The notes below the pieces were generated by a model that was given only the letters and a program-made list of their open reading frames with translations, did not search any database and was not told the origin of the DNA. Shown here piece by piece: positions 1 through 19,789 of a stretch of 64,000 nt of DNA. The position numbers and the translations under genes are program-made. The stretch is from Tubulanus polymorphus (lineage: Eukaryota > Animalia > Nemertea). The stretch covers positions 8,928,001-8,992,000 of the forward strand of contig NC_134025.1 in assembly GCF_964204645.1 (NCBI RefSeq). The letters run 5' to 3'. Position 1 is the stretch's first letter. Every line of letters starts with the position of its first letter.

Positions 1-3000
1 ACCCGCTTTTATTACGAAACTCTAAAAAAAACCACGAAAACATTCAGCGTTAATGTGACATACATCGCCAGCTTGTTTTTGTAATAGAAAATACAGTCAA
101 AATTCGTTATATCCATTTTCATGCCACCGGTCACTTTACGCCAACATTTTTTCAGAGAACAAATTTGCTCGATCTAATTCCAATTCAATGAAGATACCAT
201 TCTTTATTACGCCATATTTCTTCATCGGTCCAAATGGTGGCGAAATAAAAGATTTTACTGATCAGTTATACACGAATAACGCATACACGCTTAGAAAAAC
301 TCTTTATACATGTACTAAGTTTATGACACAGACAAAGGATAAACAGATGACAGATAAAGGATGCGATTTGTTGCGATGCGCTATCAAACCGTAGGCGTCA
401 CTTCATTATCACGGGTAATGCGCATTTAAAATTCTTATAGCTTGTCTTCAGATAATTTCCTCATATGTTTGTATGTTCAACACCGGGGGCCATCGGTGGT
501 TATTACTGCAAAAATTCGATACGTAGCATTGATCCACCACATCTAACGAAACGCCCCGGAGAAACGACGCAAGCCTCGTTACCTTCGGGTCATACTTGCC
601 ATTAGAAATGTGCCGTACGTAGTCAGACTTTAATGAAAGGATATTCGTCTTTTTGAATAAGAGCGTCGGAAATATTTCATCCGCTCGAATCAGTCGTTCA
701 GTAACTCGAAACCGATGGTCTGAATTTTAATTCACGTTTTGTATATTGTTTTTTTTTGGCAGACTTAACGATCAAACGCGCGCGCGCGTGTGAGTATACA
801 CGACGCTCGCATACATAACTAACTCACGTTCGAAATTGAAACGATTGAAAATGGAACAATTTGACATTAAATCGAAACAATTACTCGCAGCTTATTTCAT
901 GACAAATGTAATCTATACACGACGACGCCGAGGACTCGTCGCGCCCCCTTACTGATACAAAAGCATTGATAATACAATCAGGTCGTGTAAAAATAAGACC
1001 TACGTGTTTTCCTTTATCCAGCCTTTAGGATACCGCTGCGATTCCTCAAAAATCACGGATATTGGGTACGCATATCTATGAATATATGTGATTTAAATGT
1101 AAGATAAGCTGGCATAAAACTTTCGCGCTTTAACTTTAAGTTCCGTTGAGTTAGCGATAGATGTCGCTAATGTTGCGATTAACCATCTGACAAGTATACC
1201 GCTCGCACTGGCTTAAAATGCTCAATAAATTTGGAGTTCAGGCTATTGGGTCTTGCTGATACGACAGGCGACTGGTATAGTCGGTGTGAAGTCATGTAGC
1301 CCTTAATCAATCGGATTAGCAAACATTCCTTGCTCGATAGCATCGTTTATAAGATACGGAAATCAAATTTCTCGGTTCAATCACTGACTCATGCTGATTG
1401 ACATCTATTCTTCTGAAAATTTCTCGTGATTTGTGGTTTTTACCAGAAGAAGTTAGTCTTGCAGAGCCCGGTTACTATCTGAACATGATCTTCTATCGAT
1501 CCTACAGACACGCGCCCATCTATCTTTCAATGGCCAGTTCAGGAGGCAAATTGTATAATATCATTTCTATCGGGAAAAATATTTTTGAAAAATTCATATT
1601 CTCGATAAACAGGTAGCTAAAATTCAAGCTGAGTTCTGCTGGTGCCTTTGAAAATTCAAATTCAGACTAGTCTCATTTTTTCGAGTTGTTGCCGTTCGTT
1701 ACACATATGGTATTAGGTGATAAAATCCAAAAAAGTAAGAAACGCGTGATAATTGATTTTCCTTTACTGGATCGGCGCCTCGCTGATTCAATCGGGAAAT
1801 GACATCCGAACAGTACTAATAGTTGGAAATTTCTGTCACCGATTCAACAAAAATTTCGTTACAGTTGACAATCATTAGGCCGATGCGCTGAACAAGATAC
1901 ATGGATCAAAACATTAACTGCACTGCGCTGCGTTGATTCCATTTACAGTAAATCGCTTCAACGCAATTAGCCTATCTGAAAGCCAACCAATATCGGCGGC
2001 ACGCACCAACCCAGGCAGCTGGTGAGGTTTTCGGGTCGCCCGTAGCTATATTGGAGACTCGTCAGCAGAAAAACCCATTTCTAATCTATCGATGTGGATC
2101 AAGTCTTGGCCTACGTGTTTCTGAAATATACTTAATCTACCCGGACTATGTTGAACCCGGACTTAAACTCGCAGTTCATTCTATCTACGAATGGTTTCAG
2201 CAAATATACAACCTCTTTTAAATTTCGCCAAATAGGTCTGTATTTACATTGGACGCCGTATCGGGGTTCCCAGAGGAGTGTCAGTTTTTTTATTGCGATG
2301 TATGTAAAAGATGAAATTTCATTAACAAAAGATTCGGGAACACAATAGCCGCGTTTTTGTGCTTCTCGCTGGCGATGATTAGACGCATGAAAAAGACGCG
2401 TGTTTTTCTTCCACCGCCGTCATTTCATCTTTGAGGTGAACCTTTTGGACGGCGTACAGCAGGTGCTGCTGTGTGGTTAATTAAGGCTCCCAAAGTAAGG
2501 CTAAAACTTGACTAACGAGATGAGTTTGGATGACACAAAACACGCAAAAATGAAACGACATCGTCAACTTTGGTCTTTATGACGCCTGTCGTACGTTGCC
2601 TTTCTTCTTATGACGGACGACGTTTCTGTCAGTTTCGTTATTCTTTTGACATGAAGGAAGACGCGTTTCTGTAGACATGCTTTTAATATATCGGCGAGGA
2701 CCAGCTCACGTCATTTCCGACAAAAACGTTCAAAAAATGTGACAGACGTCGGAACTGCGTCTGAAGAAAATTGTAATAATGAAAATGATGTGAAAATTCA
2801 GATCACCAATTCTCCGAATCTTTGAATCCAAAGAGTTCCACAAAGATGAGGAGGCAAAAGATTGGAGGCAACTCCCGTCAAATGTTTTGAGACGGTAGGG
2901 ATTGCCGGGGACAAAAGACTGCCACCACTGGATCGGAGTGGACGTGCTGGTGCATATAGAAATATCAAATCATGTAAGTAACAAGGGGCTGTTAAGACAC

Positions 3001-6000
3001 TTAAACACGAGAAGGAGAATTTGTTGATTGATCTTATTCGCTGTTGTACACTTTGAAAAGTCGAGGTCGAATGATATTCATCCCGTCATAAGTCGGTTCT
3101 TCTACACTCTAGATTTTCCACACACACTGAAGCTGAGATGTTTTACTGGTAATTCCGGTTGTCCACCCACACGGCGATTACCCATTGTCTTTGGTGAATT
3201 GGGAAACCGTACAGACTTGCGACGGTAGCTTGGGTTTCACCCGGAAAACTCTACGTCTTTAGAGACATTCGAGCCGAATTGGCCGCAAGGTTTGTATGAG
3301 TTAGTTCCACAAGGAGATTAAGTGTTGACGGAGATAAGTTTTCGATGCACGCGAAGACTTCACCGTAATATGAGTTTACACGTACACGTTTAAAAAAAAA
3401 TTCATACTTTCGTTAACCAGGTTCGGTAATCGAAATCAGTTTTTTAATACACACATTGGGTGGAACGTGTAACCACAGTAAATACAGAAATCGAACATTT
3501 CTACGAGGCTAGAACTTGAAATTGTAATTATAGATAAATATATTTGATTTTCATGGTTGCTACAGGTCGAGCACGCAATATTAACTTTTATTGCTCGTAG
3601 ATACTTGATAATTACTGCTGAATATGAATATATACACTCTGTTGCTTTGTCTTGTGTCGATATATTTGAAATGTATGTCTTTTTATTAAACTTTTTTTTA
3701 TATATTTTTCTATTGAATATATAATTTTCTATAGCGCTTTGCTTTTCTAGCATCATCGAGCGCGATTCATCAAACAAACATTCGTCGATAAAAACCCATC
3801 AAACTGAATTCACATGGAATATCACAACTGGATGATTATTATATTATATCTCGTGAATATCTGGATAGTCAAGCAGCACAATATACATCTGTTGTCTCTC
3901 TAACCATAGGTATCAAATGTTTGAATCTCTATGTTTGAGTATCGATTGATAATGACAGGTGCAGCAACATTGCACCAAGCCTCTCTGGCCACCCGAACTT
4001 GCATATTTTACATGAAATAAAAGTGTCGTCGAAGAATTTCAGTTTAATGTTTTATTGAACCAGCATTGTCCATATGCGAATTATCATCAAATTTATTTTT
4101 CATCTTAGATCCGTGACAGTAATATATAGCTCCTGCATGGGCGTCGTTACAAAAGACACATGTCTAGCGATAATAATGTCAATTTCGTCAATCTAACGCC
4201 GTGTGCAAGCGGTAATAAGTAAACTTATGAAAATATTTTCATTGGACTTAAGCTCGATAATGGCTGATATGTTTGATGTTTTTAAGCCTTCAGGTCGGGC
4301 CATTAACAATGCTTGAGGTCGTACACAAAAACACTAAGCCTCACAATAGATTCGAAGCACAGCATGAGGCGGTCTATCGATGCCTGCCCTGGAAACGTGG
4401 CTCCATGGCCGCTTCGCGTCGAGGGTATCCGAACTGCAACTTCCGGTTAACCACGCACGCACCACGATCGCGACGGCGCAAATTAGACATGCGTTTCAAT
4501 ACTCCGGAAATGTTTGTGTCCTGAAAATGAACAAGGCTTTCAGTCGAAATTAATAAGATACGAAATCTTGAAGTTTGCCCTATTTACGCATTAAAAGAAG
4601 TGCGTCGACTGTTGTGCTATCTAATGCGAAATAATAGATTTTTGATACTGGAATGGTTGCGATAACATTACTGTCTTTCTTCTGTAGAATACATCAGATT
4701 ACCAAGTTATTTGAATGGAAAATCAACAATGATATAACGCGGAAAGCAGTAGCGACTGTTTTACTAAAGGGTATACCGTCGCCTATCAAATGCTAATTTA
4801 AAATCATTGTAAAATCGTTGGTTGATTACCCTGCGAAATTATGTGCGAAATTATGTTTAGTTAAAATCATTTCGCACAAGACATTCACAGTTAAAACACG
4901 ATGATTTTACAACCTACCCTCGTTCCCGACGATTACGACATGCACTATAATTAATTATACTACTTTTTACGTATTTTTCACATGCCGATCATAACGGGCC
5001 ATTATACTTCATGAAAAGATTACTCAGTGTTATTTGACCCTGCGGCAAACCGTCTGGACTCTTCACAGCGAAAATCGTTTGTTTTGGGCAGACAGTACCG
5101 TACCGGTCGGTGATTTACGCTCAGCCCACTCCTTTGTTCAACAAAATCTAGAATCCCATGAGGTAGACCTCAGGCTACGAGGCACCTGGTGTCTTACCCG
5201 CGACATAATGAGAAAATGACATGAAAAACACGTCAACATCTCGAAACAAGCTCATTATCTGCGTTGATATCTTTGAAATGTTGCTTTTCATTTCTTCATG
5301 TTTTCACCCTCAAAAGAGATGTCACAGATGTACCAATGGTGTGTCAAGAAAGTGGCTTTTACTGAATACTGCCACGATCCGGCGCCTTCGCCATTCTTAT
5401 ACTATCGCCATATTTGGTGGCCAATGCAAATGCTGAATTTATGTGCAACAGTGTTTCTAAAGCCTTACGAAAACAACAGTAATAGGCTTAATTTACCATT
5501 AAATACGAATCTATTATGATTTTCTCTTAGCTTTATAATCTCCAAATGATATTCAGCGCGTTTGCCTTAAAGTTGGTAATGTTGTTAAGTGTTGTTGTCA
5601 CAGTGACTCTTCGCGCCCGATAAATGATTTGCTATTATGATTGGTGCTACAGCCTTCCGTAATGCGGGGATAATGGCCCTATAAATTTCAACTATCAGCC
5701 CGCTGCGGCAAATCTGGTGACGTCTCACTGCCATTTGTCGTTTCCAGCGTCCATATTATTCTCTCACCCTATTTCCGCAAGTTAAAGATATCTCGTTTAA
5801 ACCCCTCCACCTTAATGGCATGTTTTCCATTTGAACTTCGCAGTCGACGATAAAGGCCATGCAAGTTTCCTTAGTGATTCAATTCACATTTTCTTAAAAA
5901 GGATATAGAGCGGTCGTTAAAACGTACAAATTATTGGTACATGCTTAAACCATCCGTATTAAGTCGTCATACAGCATGGAAGATATATAATGTATCTGAA

Positions 6001-9000
6001 GAAGTATGAAGGTTTTGGTTCGCGAGCATTTTAGTGTCGAAACGAAACAAAAATTAGAAAATACCGAGAAAGGAAGATTTTACATCAAATTCTACTGCCC
6101 TCTATTTGCTAAAATTATTGTGATGATTTACCGGACATCAGGAAATCTAGTTCCGTTAAATCGCCATAAAATTACCATCACAAACTGTGGGGCCTTAATC
6201 AGCGCCAAGTCCACTCCAAATGTCAGTATTTGCCTTTCCCTTGATAGATCATTAAGAGGTGATTTTTCGGAACGCACTGAACTGATTCATAGCAATATTC
6301 CCGATTGGTCAGTTCATTGTGTTGAACAAAAACGTAAGGATGCTCCGGATATCAAAATGGTCTCGTACAAATACGAGATATACAAATCAAATGCTACTAT
6401 GAAGAGAATTTAAAAAATCCAAAGTCAAATCCGCGATTACAGTTCGTGTGTGTGTGTAATTTGATAGACCTTTCGTAAAATTGAAGAATCTTAAGATATG
6501 AAGAGCAAACTATTTAATCGCTGTACTCGAGCGTGAAAAGAGCAATTCTATAATCTATATCGAATTTGACGGCATCTGTGTGAAAACACATCGGATTTTG
6601 CCGTCACGCCGCTTAGCTTCAAACTATGATTTTCAGCTTGACATTAAAACATCAGCCCCTCGAAACCGAGAATCCTTTTACTGAGAGATGCTTCAGCGCA
6701 TCAGCAACGAAGACAAGCACCATCTGGTATTGCTCTTTCCCAGCAGTTCGCCACTTAACCTGCACATAGAATTCAGTCAAATATATTCTTTGAAATCACA
6801 AGTGCATTCGATAAATCAGTTTCAAATATGAAATATCCCTCTCAGCTTGTTTTGAAACTCGTCATTAAACATTAATGATAATGGCAACCTTATGCCGAGC
6901 TAATTATGTCGCGTTTAGAAAAAAATTCACGACCGTTTATGTAATTGCATGCCGCACGGTGTCACGCACACAACCTCCCCGCACGACCGAATAAACGGTG
7001 TAATGGTTTTCATCGAAACTCACTTTGAATTAGAACTGTGAATTATTCACGTAAATTTCGGTTTTACTGCCCGAAACTTGCAACCTCTGTTCATACGTCG
7101 ACATGCAAACTCGACTAATTAACTATGTACAATCAACGATACTCGTAGTAAAGACCGATCACGCAATATCGAAAGATCGGCTACTAGATTCTTCTGCTTG
7201 GCCCACTTGAATGAAACGTAAAACCGGGCCCGTAAACACGAATTTCGATAGCGACTTATCAATTTTGCATGGACAAACCGCGCCGAGTCGTAAATTTGCT
7301 GATCAAGAATAGTAGAATCGATTCGTTATTGCATTCAGGACCGGTTGGCACTCGGACCTAACGAAGGTCAAATTATTGTACACAACACGTTGCTCAAGGC
7401 TGAGGTTTCCATCAAAAACAGCAACATATTAAGCTTTCATCATAGATCTAAATCTGAATCTGAAATCAGCCCAAGAAATTCTATGATTAAATCCAGTGCA
7501 ATTTGGTTTTAGTAACATTGACTGCCGCTTTTGAATTTTTCTAGATTAATTTCATGTTTATTGTTTTGTCCGAATGAATGGCCATCTCGAGAAACTTCTA
7601 AAACGTTACGTGAAAAAGTAAAAATAAAGAACGAACCGAAATATTCTCTTGCAAACGATTTCGCATTGTTGAAATATCATCAGCGCCTGCGCGGAGTATG
7701 GTCATGGATTTAGACTCCCGTGGTCTGATGTGATCGACCCACTTTTTAGATCATGGGGTAAAAAAATAACCTTTAAACGACACACGACGCCTTTGTCAAA
7801 ATATTATTGAAACAGATTGCGCTTGAAGTAGCTTAACCATATGTTACTGAGATGTCCAAACCTCATATTGTGGTACTGCCAACCCCACGACGCGCTGCCG
7901 ACGACTGCATGCTAGCCTTCGTATCCATTGTGTATTTCGCAAAATGGGGCGGTGCGTTTGAACACATTGAAGAATAATTTGAAATCCAGCCGACTCAGGT
8001 TACTGTCCAGAAATTGATTATGGCTTTAATAATTTTGAAATTCAAAAGCGAATACAACTGTAGATCGATTACGCATCTGAGGTTGATATTCCTCGTTTAT
8101 TTCAGGCTTTTATCACGGTATATCGGGTTCAAACGTCTGAAAACGATTTTCAATGAGAATATTGACGAAAATATTTAATAATAAAGCATAGTTAAAACGA
8201 ACAAGCCTCTGCATTCCATTTTCGTTTATTCTGGAAGGCCCTATAAAAGTGTTCTATAAATCAAAGCTCGTCATTGAAGACGAATTCTATCTGCGAATTA
8301 ACATAAAACTTCATTTGTATTTTGGTTTGAGATACGAGTGAAGGTATCGCGTTCTAGATATCTAGGGGCTCGATCTTTGTTTTGGCTTCAGGAGATCCTA
8401 TACCATCAACAAACCCATAACCAGTTGAATTTAAGAAACTGCGCTACTTCTCGCGGAGAACGAGGTTTTGTCTACGATTACGGCCCTCCCGTCCCCGAGG
8501 CACTTCGCGTAAAGTGTAATTCACCGATTTCTCAAATCATTTAAGAACTTCAAAATAGAGATTCAACGCCGTGAAAATGTTCGATTCATATGATATCTAT
8601 CGAATATCGACCGATTTGCGTTCAACGACTCCGCTATTAAAACATTATCAACCCAAATCATTTTCTTCCAGATCTGTATCACCCCTGCAGGAAACACATC
8701 ACGCGCAACAAATTTTTTATCCTACGGCGCCTGTTGATAATTTCTTCGTTGCTCAAGGCTCCTTGTTCCTTCCATCACTCTTCAGGCCTCGCGGTCAATT
8801 TTACAAAACCAAATAAATTGATTTTGCTGTATTTCCAGATGGAATTGATTCAAGAGCATTGCTAGCAGGGTATTTTGCATGGTGTACTGCATCTCAAAAT
8901 ATACACACGATTTGATGGTTGCATTTCCTTTTTGCCGTTTGCAGAATATTGCTTCGAGGACTATTTAAAAATCTATGTGTCGTGTTTATGTGACAAACAA

Positions 9001-11870
9001 AATGCTAACTAAATCCATCAATGAAATTTTCTACTAAAAACCTGATGTTTAACCTTCAGTATACAAGTATTTATAATTCTATATGAAAGTTTTTGAATTG
9101 CGAGGTCGTGACTTTCGTCGGCCAAACACTGGCACCGACTTGAAACATTGTGCTAAAGTAGTGGATTTGTCAAAATTATTCGTGGGAAATAAAGTTTGAT
9201 TAGAATAATGAACCATTTAAGATTAAAGTCACCAGCAGTAAATAGCGACATTTTACCCGTAGTTCTGAACGCCTTGGAGGCGTTTCCTCGGTTGAAGAAA
9301 ATTGCCTCAGATTGATCAATTTTTGAAACAGAACTCCTTTTTTGGGGGGAGAAATTGCTAGCGGTGTATTATGCTGTTTCGAGAAACACGGCGAATCGAA
9401 TTTTCAGCGCGCCTTTGATTTGTGGCCGTGCATTCCGCTAGGCATTACCGATTGAAGATGTATGATAAATTAATGGTTTTAATTAGACACCTCGTCTATG
9501 TTGTCATGATGAAACCTTCCATTAAAGCAAGTCGTAATGAGCGATGTCGCATTAGGTCGTAACATCAAGTAAGATACACTAAATCGCATCGGCTTTATAC
9601 GGAATTTAAATGTCAGCAATTTTCAGTTTCCGCTGTGATTCAATGACATGCACCCTACCGTTTGCTCGGGATTCGCAGATACTCGTTAATCAAGTTTTTC
9701 CTGGCAAGCGAGGAAGTAAGTATGCCCCAGTCCATTTCAACTCACGCGAGACGGCCTCTTTCCAGCGATTACGGCTCTGGAGGTTTAACAAATTCTGGCG
9801 TCGACTCGCGTGACTTGGGAACTATATCCGACAAAAGCCGTAAATTGATTAATAAACAGGGCGAAATTTGAAACTGATTTTATTCAGGAATTGTGTCAGA
9901 CCGAGTTTGTCAGCGTCGGCTTGAAACGGTTTTAATGTCTTTGATGTGATGGGCGTCGTATTGTTTTTGCGTATAACACTATTAAGGTTGAACACATTAG
10001 GGAACTTCGTGATTCACAGAGTTTGCGGAGTCGGCCGCCGGCGACGACAACGGATACTAATTAGAACATGAGATCATCTCAACGACTAATTACTTTTACT
10101 GTGGATAAGCTGGTGTGATTTGTCGCGAAAGACTCCTTGTCTACGATGTAATCGGTGTTTTTCCCGTCCGAAAGAAGGATTTGCGTCTGTAGTCACAAAA
10201 ATTGATGTCCCTTCGTGTTGCTAATCAATTTTAACAGGAATACCGACAGACGGTATCGACCCCGAAGACCTGCAAAGAGATCCTTCGTAAAACAACGTCA
10301 ATACGTTTTGATTTTAGAATAGCGGGAACATTCAACCATGCTGCAGCAAAAAATTCTTTCGACAAGAGAAGAAACATCCAGAAAAAAATACATGCAATGT
10401 CTTGGTCAATCGTGAACAAAAAAAAGACACAATCTACGGCAATCTTCTATGGTAGCTCAGAACCATTTCCTGTACACATTAAAATCAGCGTATGCGCTTA
10501 ATGGTTATGGATTTTGGGCTTGTTTTCTATACAAGTGTAATCCCTATCTTCCCGGAAACGAGGAGATTTCCTTGCAGGGAACATTCAGGAAACGGCTAGA
10601 TTGAAACAATGTTGTTGCGACGTTGAACTGATCGGCTTTAGCTGGCAGACTGGTTGGCCATCGGGCCGCAGTTGTATGGATCCATCGTTTTTAGTCCCCC
10701 ATTTATGTTAACATGGTTCTGAGCAGATTGATGTATACGTTGCTGTCGTTAGGCCACATTAGTTATATATTGTTAGTCGAAGATACGTGAAGCCATTCTT
10801 TTTCATTTCTAATCGTGTTGCTAGTATGTTAATTTGGTCTATGCTAATTTACGCGATGACAATCATGAAACCCTAAAACTTGTCCCCTGTAGTAACGAAG
10901 TTTGACTTTGTTGGACACGTAATTATTACCTCTTGCTGGCATGGAAATTATACGTTTTCGGTGTCATTATTAACGTACAGATTCTCGAACCAAACTTGTT
11001 TATACCATGGATATTTATGCAGGCAGAGTCGATTTTTCACGATCCACACCTATTAGTCTGTCATGAAGAACCTTCGTCGTCAAAAACGAATTGGAAATTT
11101 CCAGTGATTCCACTGTCATTACAAGTGTCATGGCGAAAGTATGAACGTTCATTAATGGCCGGTCAAGTGTCCGGGTGTGATGTAATTAGTCGGTGTTCTG
11201 CCCGTCGGGATGGGTTTTTTTTTCTCGTAAACTTAGGTCGTCTTCGCGCTGGATGACAATAATTGGTATTAATGGGAATCCAAGCCTTGGCCAAATCTGG
11301 GAATTAGTCGTTGTTTGTTGCTCTTAGTCGATGTCATAAATCAACACAGAGAAAGCAATAGTACGACTATGAGAGGTTCTTCGCCTTCGGGATGCTGCCT
11401 TTTGACAATTTAAGAGTGTTTTAATCCTGTCAAAGGCTGCTAATGGAACACGCCACCGAAGGTGATCGGGTGTCACTCGAACAGCCATTCTCGGCGTTCT
11501 GTCCTACCGATTTCGGTTAATTGGTGCCATCCCTGTGATAAACGCGATTCCTCGTGATGTTAACGGCGGATTAACATGTGTAAGCCCCGTAATAAGTGAA
11601 AGTCAGCATGTTCCTGAAGACTCTCTATGTGTTGAAGTATAATAAGTCCCCGAGCTTCTGCTGCGTGTTAACTCAAAACATTATTTTTAGATTACATACA
11701 GCCATTGAAAGTTCTCTTTTGATAGTGGGGACATAGGTGGAGAGCATATGATGACAGTCATCAAGACCATACATACCTAATATTGTTATGAACAGATGAT
11801 AAAGTATATAAGTACCTTTGAATATATACGATTGAAAGTAGAAAACAAGATTTTATGCAAAAGTCAGTCA

Positions 11871-11876
11871 TTTAAT
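11871..11876 (-). terminator. Candidate poly(A) signal of Runx A (ATTAAA)
   Basis: Lies at the end of an AT-rich stretch about 500 nt after the stop, followed by a T-rich downstream element. Confidence 0.4.
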
Positions 11877-12366
11877 ATCTGAATTTCGTGTATAAAATTA
11901 CATAATACATGTATATAATAATATAATATATCTATAATCGATCGTAGAAAAATCTATTGACGCCGAATTTGGCACATGTAATACAAAATATTGAATACAA
12001 TCGGCTCCGTGATTTACCGAAGAAAATTATTCGTAATTTAAACAAAACACCTTATTTCCTTGTCTACAGAAACAGCTCTAGTTGCTAAATGTCTCATTAT
12101 TCTATTCATCAGTTATAAATCGATGGGCATTCGCCACGTCAACCTTAACGTTTTCTTTCTAGTTACGTTCATCCTACCATGTCATGTTTATTCTATAACT
12201 GCCGACGGCTCGGTTTAATTGGTTCCGCGTATGTAATATTGAGCTAACACAAGAATTCTCTAGGTCTATTGGTTTTTAAGACTTCTTGAATTTCAAAGTT
12301 CCAGTTTTTTATTTCGCTAAGTTCATTTGAAACGTTGCGACTGTGATATCGACTATTCTTTTACCA

Positions 12367-19249
<6,883 letters not shown>

Positions 19250-19339
19250 TTAGTAATCCGATAAGTTTTTTTTTAAAGTTGTCAGTCGCATCGACTGTAG
19301 AAAGTAGACACGTTTTGAAGGTTGCGGTTTTCGTGAACG

Positions 19340-19380
19340 AATGTGAGCGAATCGGTGTTCAAAAGCTGTTATAGTTTATA
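19340..19380 (-). promoter_or_regulatory. Candidate proximal core promoter of Runx A (TATA + Inr-like)
   Basis: TATAAA on the minus strand at 19375-19380, with an Inr-like CACATTC about 30 nt downstream and about 105 nt before the ATG. Confidence 0.45.
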
Positions 19381-19727
19381 CCAATCCTTAATGACTCAAC
19401 CAGTTAACCGCCAACGCACGCTTTATAAATATTCCGGATATAGAAAATAATCTCTATGTATGTTTATTGAGCTATTAGGTCGAGAGAGAAGTGAATACCA
19501 GCATAGTGTTTAGAATGCTATAGTACGACCCTACTGGGATTTTTCCTGGAATTAAACAGTCAGTACAAATGAACTATTCCAGGAAACCCGCTACGCGTGC
19601 GCTAAACCTATTTTGTTTGTAAACAGACAGGAAATCGCTACACAAATAGGTCACTATCTTACTACAAACCGGTCTAAAGTAGTAAAATTCACTGATATTT
19701 GAAAAAGCTGAATCAAGAATTAGCCTA

Positions 19728-19729
<2 letters not shown>

Positions 19730-19787
<58 letters not shown>
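19730..19787. repeat. (TA)n microsatellite, about 29 units
   Basis: Pure TA run about 500 bp upstream of the Runx A ATG. Confidence 0.97.

Positions 19788-19789
<2 letters not shown>

Noticed and set aside
6006-6413. 135-aa ORF and other 60-120 aa intergenic ORFs
   Set aside because: No recognisable domain, no supporting exon chain, and a composition typical of random ORFs.
9254-9295. TACCCGTAGTTCTGAAC resembling the miR-100/10 family
   Set aside because: The seed region has no complementary arm; only a short local AACGCC/GGCGTT stem is present.
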